Positions 28,020 to 41,000 of a stretch of 64,000 nt of DNA are shown here, piece after piece (positions within the stretch are counted from its first letter, which is position 1; each line of letters starts with the position of its first letter). Made by a program: the position numbers and the translations under genes. Source of the stretch: Trichoplax adhaerens. Lineage: Eukaryota > Animalia > Placozoa. Below the pieces are notes generated by a model. The model was not told the DNA's origin. It ran no database searches and saw only the letters and a program-made list of their open reading frames with translations. Location of the stretch: positions 5,786,008 through 5,850,007 of the forward strand of contig NW_002060943.1 of the NCBI RefSeq assembly GCF_000150275.1. The letters are read 5' to 3'.

Positions 28020-31000
28020 ATGGGTTGGAAGATGAAATTCAATTCAAGGATCATCCTTTTTGCCACCTTGTGCATGATATTGTTGCACTATATCGTCGAA
28101 GGTTTACATGCTCGACGGCTTCGATATCGACAAAATCACGGACTCCATCGTAAGCGAAGATGGCCTACTGTTACTTCTTCCGATTATAACTTTGCAGGTA
28201 CATATGGACAAAATCGTTAGTGTCCTTATTTGAGTCTTCTTTGATGTCTGTCTCACTGGATAATAAAACGAGCATTCCCATGCATGAAATAGAAAGAAGT
28301 TAATTGGATGTATTTTAATCAAGCCTACTCAACGTTTTCAATCCTTGTCTAGCACAACCGGTTTTCTACTCTATCTGTAACTTCGACCTTGATACGTGCG
28401 GGTGGAATCAGCTTAAAGTCATCGATTTTTTAGATTGGGAACGAAAACTTCATCGACAGGAACATTCCCCTAGTAATGGTAAGTTGAACTTATATTTACC
28501 ATCATTCCGACCTGGATTTCACTATCGAATCAGTTTTACTTGGAGAAAGAGCGCTGTTCACTATTTCATGATCATGTTGGCAATTTCAATTTTTATTGCT
28601 CAGGTACGAATTATTTTATGGCCATTCAAGAGATGGAGGCCTATGTTGATGAATATGCCGATCTCATCAGCCCACCTTTGCTGCTGACTACGAATACTAC
28701 TAAAGTGAAGGTGAATAGGATGATCATAAGGTCGAACCTTTATATCCACGTTTACTCTTGTTCGTTCAAAACTAAGGCTAAGAGAATAGCTGTATCATCA
28801 TTTAAAATTATTGACACTGTCTTGCTGTAGCCATCTTATGCTGCTGAAGCCCAATGGTGCTTGCTTCCCTTAATGAATGCCAACATGCTCAAATTTTGTG
28901 GCAATATTTTCACTTAGGTTTCCTTTTCCTACTATGCAAATGGAAATTCCCAAGGTAGAGCTGACATCTTTGTTATGTACCCTAGATATGATACCAAGTT
29001 GTATTTAATAGGCAGAGTAACTCCCACTTCCCAACGAAATTGGAGACATTACTCCTGCCGGAGTTTCACACCAAAATATAGCCGATATCGTGTAAGTAAT
29101 TTAATAGAAACATTTGGACTTGAGGTCGACAAAACTAAGGAATACAGTGGAAATAATTGTGAAAGCGAAATTTTAATAATTTTCATGTAAAAAATGACGC
29201 TAGTAGAACAAAGTTCTGTGACCTTTCAAAGCGATGATCGGTTGAATATTGTACCAGTAAACCTGCTCTAGATCTGTACGTAGTCTATGCAATCTCTTGA
29301 CAAATTAAATCTCGAAAAGCCGTATGATATCAATCTACTAGGAATATCTGTCCTGTTTAATTAGTAAAGCTTTCCCTATCGCGTAGTCGATGCAGTGACT
29401 TTGACAAGTTAAATCTCGAAAAGCCATATCATTGCAGTCTACTAGGAATATCATTGCGGTATACATGTTTCAGAACCCAATTTCTCCGGTCATGATTAGA
29501 CTAGTCTACTGAAAGTTAAAAAATAGTTAAATTGTGCCCTATTCTCTAAAACGACATGCTTCAATGAAACATGGGTAGTATTAGGTACCATGGAATAACC
29601 AATTTCTATTTTGTATATCCATGCATATCATTGACTAAATCTAAGAAGTAATGTCCTTGCCATTGTCTTGAACTTTAATAACAACCTAATTCTTTACTAA
29701 ATAAAGATTATTCTTCGTGGAGTTCTCAGACAAGTATCACGCGCTAATAACTTTGCAATTGATGATGTAACGGTCATCCCAATAGGTAAGCCATGAATGA
29801 TTTCGATCAATAAGTCTTTGCGTATATTACCTATTTACTCGTGATATATCTTGATGACTTAGCGATCATAACAATTGATACTTCAATTTAGAAACAACTT
29901 GCTATACCAATAACGGCGAATTTTATCGGGGCTCCATCAGTACAACTGAGAAGGGCCAGCAATGCATATCCTGGAGTTCTAAATCGCTTGTGGATTCACA
30001 GTTTCACCAAACTAATTATTCTCATCCGACTTTGGTATCCAACTACTGCAGAAATGTAAATGGAACAAAACAAAAGCCTTGGTGTTATATCCATGAATCG
30101 AACAACAAATGGCAATATTGTAATATACCAAAATGTAATCCAATCCCTCCCACGGACCCGCCATATCCTTTAGGAAGTCGGCACTTTTTAAATTTGCTAG
30201 TGTCTTTTCTAATTTTTTTGCATTGTCGGTATACTGTAGAGATTGTTGAACTTTTCATAATTTTTTTATCACTTCCCAAGGTCGAAACCCGATAGCTTTA
30301 GTGAGCTACGATAGAGGTCTTCGAAATATTGGCCGATTGGTCATTTATCATGATAAAAAATGGGGCACGGTGCACAATGTTGGAATATCAGAAGCTGTTA
30401 TTGGTATATTATGTAAACACTTCGGCTTTGATGCAAAAGGATCCTTGTGGAGTATGTTAAGGCTGATGGAATAGACTAGTGTAACTGTAATAATTAAGTT
30501 CTCAATTTGTGATCACATCTCTATATTACATAAATTTATGATTAGAAAATGACTCTTGGTTTGAAGTTGAAGATCAACCTGTCTGGCTGAATTCTTCTAA
30601 CATCAACTGCCCAAATTCTGCAACGTCGTTGTCAGCATGCACTATAGGACCATGGAACAGCCCGTGGCGTAAATCAAGGGATATATGGATTGAATGCTAT
30701 TCTGTTGCTACATCTACTGGTTAGATAATCAATAGTTATGTCGAAAAATGTATAGTAATTTCTCGCCGCTGGGTGCTGACTGATGTGATGATGTAGATGA
30801 AATCAATTGACACGTAGCGTAGTGCCAAGTAAATTTATCTTTTCTAGTTAAACATGGTATTAGCATGCTATGCAATCATACACTACAGTTCAATATATAT
30901 TAATTGGCCAAAATGGTTGCAATCAATTTCTTAAATCGATCATTTTTTATGATGTTGACTAATTGGTATTAGATTTTGACTAATTCTTATTTACCGCTAG

Positions 31001-32933
31001 TTGCGTAATGATGAACTATTTTCATCTTTATCTATCAGCAGATTATACTACGATCAAATCTCCGCTGACTAATATGACAGTATCTCCAATCTTATCAAAG
31101 ACACCTTCAACACTTATTTCTTCATATTCTACTTCATTTAGCGTTTTAGCCAAGGCATATCGGCTATCTATAATGGGTGGAAAGAATGCGACTAGCGGTA
31201 TGCTCTATGTTAGAGGCAATAATCAAAATGGGACTGTCTGTTCGCCATTTTGGGATCTTAATAGCGCAGACGTTGTTTGTCGCCAAATGGGATTCATTGG
31301 CGCTTATTCCGTAAAAGGTTCGCCCTTTAATTCTATACAGCTTAAAGATTAACTAACTCATGATTATCATCGCTACGGTGATAAGCCAATAGTACTAAAT
31401 ACAAGTTATACATGTTGTAAATTATTATTAGTTGTTCTTCGACAATTCCCGATAACCTCATCCTTAATAAGTCGTATCGACTGCCATGGTTACGAAAGTT
31501 CAGTAAATCAATGCAACGTAAAAGCGTCCCTACATTCCACCGATTGCCCTTTGTCTGATATTGCTAGGATTTCCTGCAATGATGGACAAGAAAATTACAG
31601 TTCGTAACCGATATAGCTAATGACTGCATTTGATTAAGTTGAATTATTAATTATTTTTAAGCGTAAAGATAATTAATAAGTACCGGATTATGTACTATAC
31701 CACTAAATTAAATATTTTTTAGCCAGCGCAAACAATCCCTGCTATTGTTCGTTCAGTCACGGATTTTGTGGATGGAAAAATAACGGGAGTAGGAGCTGGT
31801 TTTGGCATGCTGCCGATTCAAGGAAGTACTCTATGCTACCCAATGGTAAAGTACAAATAAACAATACTGAAATACCCATTGAATTACTTGACTTCGAATT
31901 CTGTATCCTAAAAGAAAATGTTAAATGTGACAATGTACTATTTTGATTATATGATCTAATTGGCATCTTAGATAGATCGTATATTGCATTGCTAAAGCTA
32001 GAATCATTTGACGGTCCTCTTGAAGGGATTTTAGTCAGTCCACTTCTGAAAAGAGGTGGTTCATCGATTTACGTAAGAATTCTTACAGCAATTGTTTGAT
32101 CGTAGAATGAATTAGAAGACATTCAATGGATTTTTAGGAAATTAGTTGACTAATAGACGCCATCTTAATAACCGTATGTGTTGTAGGTAACTTTCCGATA
32201 TTATATCACAAGTTATACTTTTGATAGCTTAGAAGTCGAATATGCAACCTTAGATGGAAGCTTTTCGACCTTGTACCGTAGATTGCTTGATACTGGTGCC
32301 TTAAATACTTGGCATTTTAGCAAGACACTTCCGCTACCCGCTGGCTTATCGCCATTTCAAGTATGTTCTTTCTTGCGGTATTTTGTCAGTAAAATAAACC
32401 ATTATACATTGTGATTTGAAAATCTCACGATTTCTATTAATTACGAATTATTCATCAATGCTTTTCCAATGCTCAACAATTAATTATGACACTCGCTTCT
32501 GTTGTTAAAATATGAATTGATTTTTAGTCAATATGAAGAACAAATGACTATTTTGTTAAGTCTTTGTGGCTTTTTGTTAGATTCGATTTATTTGCAAGGC
32601 TGTAAATAATATAAATTCCTACAGAAGTGTTGTGGCACTAACTGACATGAGGATAATTGGGGCTCATTACTTAGACCTACGTGAGTTATTTTAGTAAATT
32701 TTAATTTGAGAGTTAGTGATCACTCTCCATGATATTTTCATACCTTCGTAAACTGGATTTTAATTTATAACATTGACATTATAGCGACGCCAAAGCATAG
32801 CTCTATAATTGGTATTACCGTTGGTTGCTCCATCGGTGTCATTATTATCGGTTTCCTAGTGTATTTCTTTTGGTCATCAATAAAACAGAAAAGAGATGAT
32901 GGACCTTCAGTTACAAGGACTTGTCGAGCATGA
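28020..32933 (+). CDS. MAM-kringle-SRCR-SRCR-MAM single-pass receptor, paralog 4 (short cytoplasmic tail, no PPxY)
   Basis: Exons 28020-28197 (signal, RKRR), 28353-28478, 28604-28710, 28918-29091, 29707-29785 (MAM1), 29892-30176 (kringle), 30281-30451, 30546-30719 (SRCR1), 31039/31042-31317 (S/T linker and SRCR2a), 31432-31599, 31723-31845, 31972-32072, 32187-32360, 32581-32680 (MAM2), 32785-32933 (TM IIGITVGCSIGVIIIGFLVYFFW, tail SSIKQKRDDGPSVTRTCRA*). Confidence 0.85.
29297..29452. repeat. Intronic direct repeat, ~52 bp x2
   Basis: TTGACAA(A/G)TTAAATCTCGAAAAGCC..TCTACTAGGAATATC occurs at 29297 and 29401. Confidence 0.85.
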
Positions 32934-35900
32934 AACAGTAAGCCATGTAAGGGGCAACTTGGTAGGTGTGGAACTTAGGATTAGGTACCAAGGCTTATCG
33001 AAATATGTACACCTTTTAAACTGCTTATAAAATTATATTGCAAATACGAAATAATTAAGTTTGGATAGATTTTTTAAACGCAGTCCTTTAAGCCCTCTTG
33101 TTTCTCAACCGCAAATGTTGTGTTTGATGTTGATAGAGTTGAGTTATGTTTATCAAAGTCTTAATTTTCTAATTGACTGGTGGTTCTAAGCATACAGATC
33201 AGCGGTAATGAGTTCATTCCTGAATCTCAACTCGGAAACCGTGACCAAAGTCAAAACAATTATTAAATATTACTTTGATTGCGATTGTATTAACCCATTA
33301 AAAAGTAATTTTTAAATTGTAGAATGCAGTTAAATTTTGATAAATCATGGTTTGTGTTCGAAGTTATTTGTAATTGATTTTCCATCGCGGAGTGAATCGT
33401 AGTAATAAATTATTTTGAAAATTTACAACACGTCACGCATGATGTTCATGAATTCATTGGTGCAATGTTTGCGGCAACATTATGTTTTACAATTGTCATA
33501 ATCTGATATTCTATTTTAGCCAAAGTTACAACAGTAAACGAAATCGATGTGATCTTGAAATCTATAATTTGTTCAGATCGTTTAGTTTAGGACAGTAAAC
33601 CGATATAATTATACCGTGTTTGCCGTCAATACTATTAATCTGGCATACACATGGCGGTGTTCCCGCATTCATTCAATGCAATTATGGTCAAGTACGTACA
33701 ATTATATAGAAGTCTGCTGCAAACTAGTTAAACTGACAATATGTGTTCGTTACATTTTTAAGCGAATCCCTCAAATGTTCAAAGTAATTGAAGAATAAAA
33801 TCTGCGAACTAGTTTCACTTTGTAAAAGCAATTACATCGTACCTACATCACTATATTTTCATTTACTGCGGCGTAACCGTTAATCAAAAAACAAGTTAAC
33901 GCAGATATAATTTCACCTCTTAATTGTACTTTATACAGCACATGCCTAAATCTGAATACTTAGCAACATTTTTAGAGTTCTACCAAAACTTATTAGTTAT
34001 TAATTTCGGCTGTTTTCTGAAGTCAATGTCAGTTATATTAATAAAAGACTATCTTAAGTGTTTCGCATAAACTGACCTACTGCTTGATAAGTCTTACTAT
34101 CGCTTTACTATTTTTAATCTGACTTCTACTATAAATAGATCACCCTTTAGAAAGTGATAACTACAATATATTGTAGTACGCGTATGCGTACAACCAGGAT
34201 ATAAATATTGAGCACAGAATTCCATGAATTGACCCTGAAATTCATCTACTCGTAAACAAGCGTTACAATCACTAGATACTAGAGAGGTTAAGGGTTCCTT
34301 TTATCATAAAAATAGCGACCTTTATTACTCTAAAGCGCTAATATAGCTCCAACTGCCTGTATAGTCACAATTCCTCGTGGCATTCGCCAAAAACTCCTTT
34401 TATAGCCTACTGACAGTGCACCATCAGATGATATACTCCATATAAAACTGTACAGTATTATACAATACCATTAGTTTAGATAGTGTTACGTTACACCAGG
34501 TAACTATCAGAACATAGCAGTATGATTAGATGTATCAACAAGTAATTATATTTCCTTAGCAATTTATCTTATTTATTGAATTTATTAATTATTCAAGACG
34601 GCATTTGTATCGCTTTCAATTCTTCCACGAAACATCATTTAGTGTAATATAGCTGTTTGTCGAGCGAAGAATTAACCAATTACTATAACACAATTGCCAA
34701 TTGAATAAAAATAAAGTCAGAAATAAATGTATACATTAATTTTATCAAGTAGATGACTAAATACGTTTTATTTAGCATAACCTTTTTCGGGAGGCAAGCA
34801 TCATCACATATTCACTACAGTTGTCGCTTATAATATAAATTGTAGTTCTTGAACACAAGTAGATGCTACCCAAAACGGCCGCCGTTACCTGTTCATACCT
34901 TAATTGTAATTCAATCCGTATATGTACCAGTATTATAAATAGACTTATTAATAAAATTTCATCAATCTTAAATTTAGAGCACTTGTTTCGTAACAACATA
35001 TCGGCCATGATGCTTTAATTATATTAACCGACGTAGTGACTAAAGAACTCTAGCTATATGTATAGCTGAATAAATATCAGTATTTTACAATAGAGATTAA
35101 TGAAATAATAAGTTAATCAAAGTCTTTTCGATGCAAGTTGGAAATGGAGTTGGTCAAGCATTAAATTAATGTAACCATAGTAATTTAGCTTTACTCGTAT
35201 CTATAAACTATATTACAGGGGTTTATATATTGTTTATAAGTACAGATATTTTTACTGACAGAATATACTGTTCTAGCATTTCTTTTGATAAATGGTATTA
35301 TTTAGTCCACGACAGCATTAACTTTTGTTACTTGAACTAGAGGGCCTATAAAAGGGTTTTTGGTCTGTTCCTTAGCTAAATGAATATGGAATAAAAGTTA
35401 AGTAAAACTGAGCATTTGGCTAATCATCAAATTGAGTTAATGCAATTTATGTTGCATATTATTTAAGAATTTGAATTGAGTATATCGATGCGTACATACA
35501 ATGCTATTTATACACAATCAGACATTTCCATTGGTTTGTATCTCTGAAAAATTTATGAAAAGGTACTTTATCAATTAGACCATGAAGCATTGAACTTGTT
35601 ACTTCTAGCTAACTTATCTATAATAGACCAATGAATTTTCGTAAACGACTTGGCTAAATTGGCATGAGTAATGATACTAAGCTAATGAATCTTTCGACTT
35701 ACTAATATACCGTATTTTGATGCAATAGTCCAATTACTGTAATAGAATAGATATCTATATCATGGTATTAGAATATAAACTCAATATTATGATTGAATAT
35801 CAGACTACCATTTTAATTCTATGTTCTTGTAGAAAAGTAGTATCATGTAAAAATAGTGTTGTATACTTGCGCATAATAAATCGGTTTTGTTCGTATGGAA

Positions 35901-38075
35901 TGACGCGTAACCGTAGGGATAAAAAATTATGATCACGCTCTAGTTTTAATTTAAATTGGCAGACAGGAAAATCAGTAGTTTTTACAGTGCCTTTGTGAGT
36001 TATTCTTGTTTTCTGAGTATTGAATATTGATAATTTATCTTACTCAAATTTACTACTTACATCGAATCTCCTAAATTGATAACCTATAGAAAATCCGTTA
36101 ATATTGCTATAGGAATGAAATAGATTTGTCTTATAAAAATAGTATAATTTTATACGACTGGATTAAATTTTCAAGGGGCCCTAAATGAGACCTTGTAAAC
36201 GCGTTAGTAGGTTATCGTTGGACATAATCTAATAAATTACAACTCCAAATGCAGCCGCAATAGCCATAACTTTAAAGTTTATTGGAGCTAACATATCTAG
36301 AATAATAAAATAAATTAGATTCTTAATCTCTTCAAATTCTTCGTGTAACATCTACTTACTGCAGTTGGTAGAGGATCTAACAGAGAGACGTGGCTCCTAT
36401 CTACTAGATTTACCTAGTGATTGCGATTTAGATTAGTTCTGGAGTATCGTTTACATAACATCATCACCGTAGTTACGGTAGCACAGTAAAGTACAGAAAT
36501 TATTTTGTATCAACACTCTACAATTCTTTCAGATTGAGACAATTCAACCAAATAACCTCATTTGATAAAAGAAGTATCTTTTACGTCATGCGAGTTTTAT
36601 TACTTTAGAAAATAATTCGATAAAGGACTAATAAATTTTTATAAATTCCCTAGCTAATTGAACGTTAAAATAAGTATTAACATATTATTGAACTTTTAGC
36701 TAATCAAGATCAATATTCACGATTGAAGTTAGAAGGGAAGTAATTAATATATCAAATTAATGCTACCATAGTAATGCATTAGTTTTACATCTATATATAC
36801 AAATAATAGTAGTTACAGAATCGGATGTATCCATTGAAAAAATTGACTGCAGAGAAATTTTACTTTTTGAAGTATTGCAGCAAAAACAGCTTCAGCACTC
36901 CAATTTAATCTACTCAATAAACAACGAAAATTATAAACTTTTAAAATGTATCAAATTATCAATTTTATTCCTAATTATTTAGCTATTTACAAATCTAATT
37001 TTCAGTGTAAAACTCCTAATTACTATTATAATTAATATCGATTTTTTATGTCTTTTATTGAAAATGAAATCATTGGCATAATTTATTATACCACTAGGGA
37101 ATAAAAGTAACTGAAAAGCCATTACGATCGATTGCCTCGCTTACGATAAGAATTCTATTTTTATATATCTATGTATTTATTTTTCTCTACAGCTGATTGT
37201 TGGAGGTACTAACATATAAATAGAGACTATGCTACCTTGGTAACAAATCAATGGACCCGCTACAGCATCATCAACTTTGGTATCATATGGATTATTTTTT
37301 TAAAGGCTTTTAGCATCAATCAATTGTTATTATGAACAACAGCTGGTAAGTGTCCTTCAATTGGGTATGCAATGTGTTTTAATTATACTCTATATTGCAT
37401 TATTGCTATTTATGTTGGATAATCAAAGTATTTCTATCGCATTAAACAAAATAATATTCTTTATTATTCAAGCTTAAATTGAGTTTTAATTATCTCCATG
37501 GAGATTTACATCCACTAATCGACGACAAGCAAAATAGCCTTTGATATAAGTGGAATTATTTATCGATACGGATAATCGTACTAACAATAATGTATAACCC
37601 AAATTTATATAAAATTATAATTTTAGAAATATCTCCTTATAATATATTATTATTTGGCTAATCGATCCACTTTAGAAAGTAATTCCATCAAACATTTGTG
37701 GAATAGATTTTTTATAGCTAGATCGAATAAAATTAAGTTTTTAGCTAATTTTTACGGAAAATAAATTGAATCTTTCACTTTTAGCAAACTATTACTTATG
37801 CTGCTTTATAAGATTGCTCAGAACATCCTTTCTGTCAAAATTAGCATAAAGTAAATAACGTCACTTCCGAAAATCATAGTAGCAATCTCGACAACAAACA
37901 TGCCAAGGGTGATATTTAACGATTTGTGAAGGACAATTTTTACTTACTATGAAATCATAAATTGCTTTCAAGCATATATTCTACGCGGAATGAAAATCAT
38001 ATACATGCTTACTAGATTATACAATTGAATATCGTATGCAAAACTTCTCATAATTTGATACCGATTACATACAGT

Positions 38076-41000
38076 ATGATCATAGTCAACTTCATAAAGT
38101 TAGCTCTGATGATCTTAATATTACCGAATACAAGCATAGCTTACGGTGGTCAACATAATGAAATTTCAAGTAGAGAATTTGTTTGCCCATCTAACTGCTT
38201 ATGTCAACAAGAGGAACTTCATTGCTTTAACCTACCGAAAATTACGGACTCAAACTTACCGCGAGCAATTAAGAGCATGTAAGTAGTACTATGCAATGTT
38301 GGTTAATTTCAACTATGCATCCTGTATCGTTTTTCAGTCATCTTTGTCTTCATTGCTACCATAAAACTTTCGTCCAATGGCAATTAAATTGATAGTTATA
38401 CGAGGGTATCTTGTTTTGGTAATAGTTATTAGCATATATCTCATTTCCAAAAATAATAATATCATCTTAAGCATAATAGGTTGCAGTAGTATCAGTTTTT
38501 CTGTATTTCTGATCATAAAACGTGCCGTACAAGATTAAAAGTCGACAATGTTGTTGATAATAATTTTAAAAAAGTAAAAATGACAGATAAATGGCGCTAA
38601 TATTGCTGTCTTAGTTTGAGTTATCAATCCAATTTAGTATGGATCCTATTAGATATAACTAATGATGACGTATTAGACTATCATTAAATATGAAGAAAAG
38701 TTGTTCATATATTTAATTTTTTGAAGCTGCATCGAAGCTCTTAAATGATATCTTATCGTAGTACAATAGTTAAGAAACAAGTTTTATCAATAGCGAAAGC
38801 CTTGAAACAGCACTTCGAATGCTATGTACGAATTAATGATATCTGTGAGATACCAGTAAGTCATCAGAATCCGTATTCATTTGTTACATTCCAATGACAG
38901 TGAAGTATGCTCTGCTGTAAAAAAAAAATATTGATCCATTCGTAGCAATATGCATCTTCGGATAAAGATCGGTTAGTTGTAACAAAGTTAAAGAACTTAT
39001 TTGAATACCTTCAGCACTAGATTATTTTCAAACTAATTTTAATGTGCAGATATAAACGTTAATGATAGAATAATGTCTGTATGGATTGTGGCCCATAACA
39101 TTATCATACTGGTATATTGCTACAAAATTGCGTATTAATTTATTTCATTAACTTATTTAGCAATTTCGTATTGCCATTTTAAGTATTTTATTGCATGGTT
39201 ATAGTTCGCATATTAATTCATTTCTATGAATCATACTCAATCGCTACTTTAGTTGGAAGTACATGGCTGCCAGAATGATTTCTGTTTCAAAATTAAAAGC
39301 ATTTATTTTAACAAGTATGCATTCAGTACGATCTAGATGATACCAAACCATTCCTTTTTTACTTTTCATTTTAATATTTGTAATTTAACAGAAAGTCACT
39401 ATTAATTTTATGATACCGTGCCTTGGAAACTGTAGCGTAATCCTGAACATTAACAGAATAAATCTAACTGCCGTAAAAATTTTCGTTTTATTGGCGTTTA
39501 TACTAGTGTAGTTGCGCTATACTAGTTTTTACGTTTCCTCTTAAGTTTATTTCTTCTGTGATATCACTGCGAATACCTTAATAAATTTAGTAAATGTAGA
39601 AAATGTTTAAAATTTTAGTGCATCAAAATCTCCGCAATGTTTCATATTCAAGCTGCACAAATCAATTAGCATCTTTCTGATGTTGGCCATTAACCTATTG
39701 AACATTATTATTTTCCGTAAAACTATTTTAAAACAGTAGCCGCCTCAAGTTACTGCTTGGAGCACGCTATGAACTTTTGTAAGACTTTACTAACTTCTTA
39801 GCTATTATATGTAACTGTCAACTTTAAACAATCAATAATTGGCAAAGATCCTTCTAGTTTGAATCTATTTGATTTTATCTTCTATATCACTACCTTGTAA
39901 TTCACTAATCATAATACCTGCCAATAGTTTACTAAAGGATTGAAATTACTGGAAATAGATATTATCCTACAATACGTCGATTGAACTTTATTATAATAGA
40001 GAAAGCATAAATGGAGTCTACAAAAACGTTATACTTTATGCCACTAGTTTACTGTTTATTTGCAATAATTTAGGCTTTCGACACAATTTTTCCAGATATG
40101 TATTTAAATCTTGATTCAAACTACATAAGATCTTATATCATCATTAGATGTTTTATTATTGCCATATTCTTCTACATATGATAATTTATCCATAGAGTAC
40201 GCTATTCCGCTTTATTTAATGGTACTAAATTAAATTTTTAATAGAGCTCATTTAAGTGGTTTACTTTCAGCTTCGTAGTCAGCTTTCTGTAGCCTAATAA
40301 GAGAACCTGTTTACAAATATTAGAGTTAATGCCTAATATTAAATTTGGGATATTGAATGGTTCGGTTATATCTACTTTTTAAGAAGTTAAAATCTTCCTC
40401 TCCATATAAGTTTAAAATGAGGCATCAAAAGAATCATCTTCAGCCCTATTTATACAATTTACGTTTAGATAGGCCAATCGAAAATTTAAAATTCTAATCA
40501 CTACGAGAAATAGAACTGCTCCTTAACAATTGGCATAAGAAATTGACTGCATTAAATTAAGTATACGGTTTCTATCTATTATAGAGCTAGACATGATTAT
40601 GGCTGAACGTAAATTCTTTGTGTAGCTTTTACACTGGATTATTGAGCTGCCGACTAATCAATAATTGAGTAAATTATGATGTCAATATAAAAGTTGGGTT
40701 TCTTTATTCTCATCGCATGTTCAATATTATCATTATTTAAAGCTAACGTAATTGCTTTCTTTTTACATATGTTAAAATTATTATCAACTTCTACCATATT
40801 ATATCAATTAATATTTGATCAACAGTCGGGTAATATCCACGGAATTTTCGCTTATATTTACCGTTACATGACTAACGCATGTTGGAATTACTAACTGAAG
40901 AAATTTGTAATTGTATATTTTAGACGCTAAGAATATTCTCCTTATTTCTTAACCCTAGCAATGTAATTATTAGTAAAATATCATTAAATTCTATGAAAGA

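Noticed and set aside
33300-37100. Hidden sixth paralog or other gene in the spacer after paralog 4
   Set aside because: I found no MAM, kringle or SRCR motifs and no consistent exon chain by eye; the short ORFs look like AT-rich noise.
37193-37345. Possible extra signal-peptide exon ending at GTAAGT
   Set aside because: All three frames contain stops. It could be a UTR exon or a relic but cannot be supported as coding.
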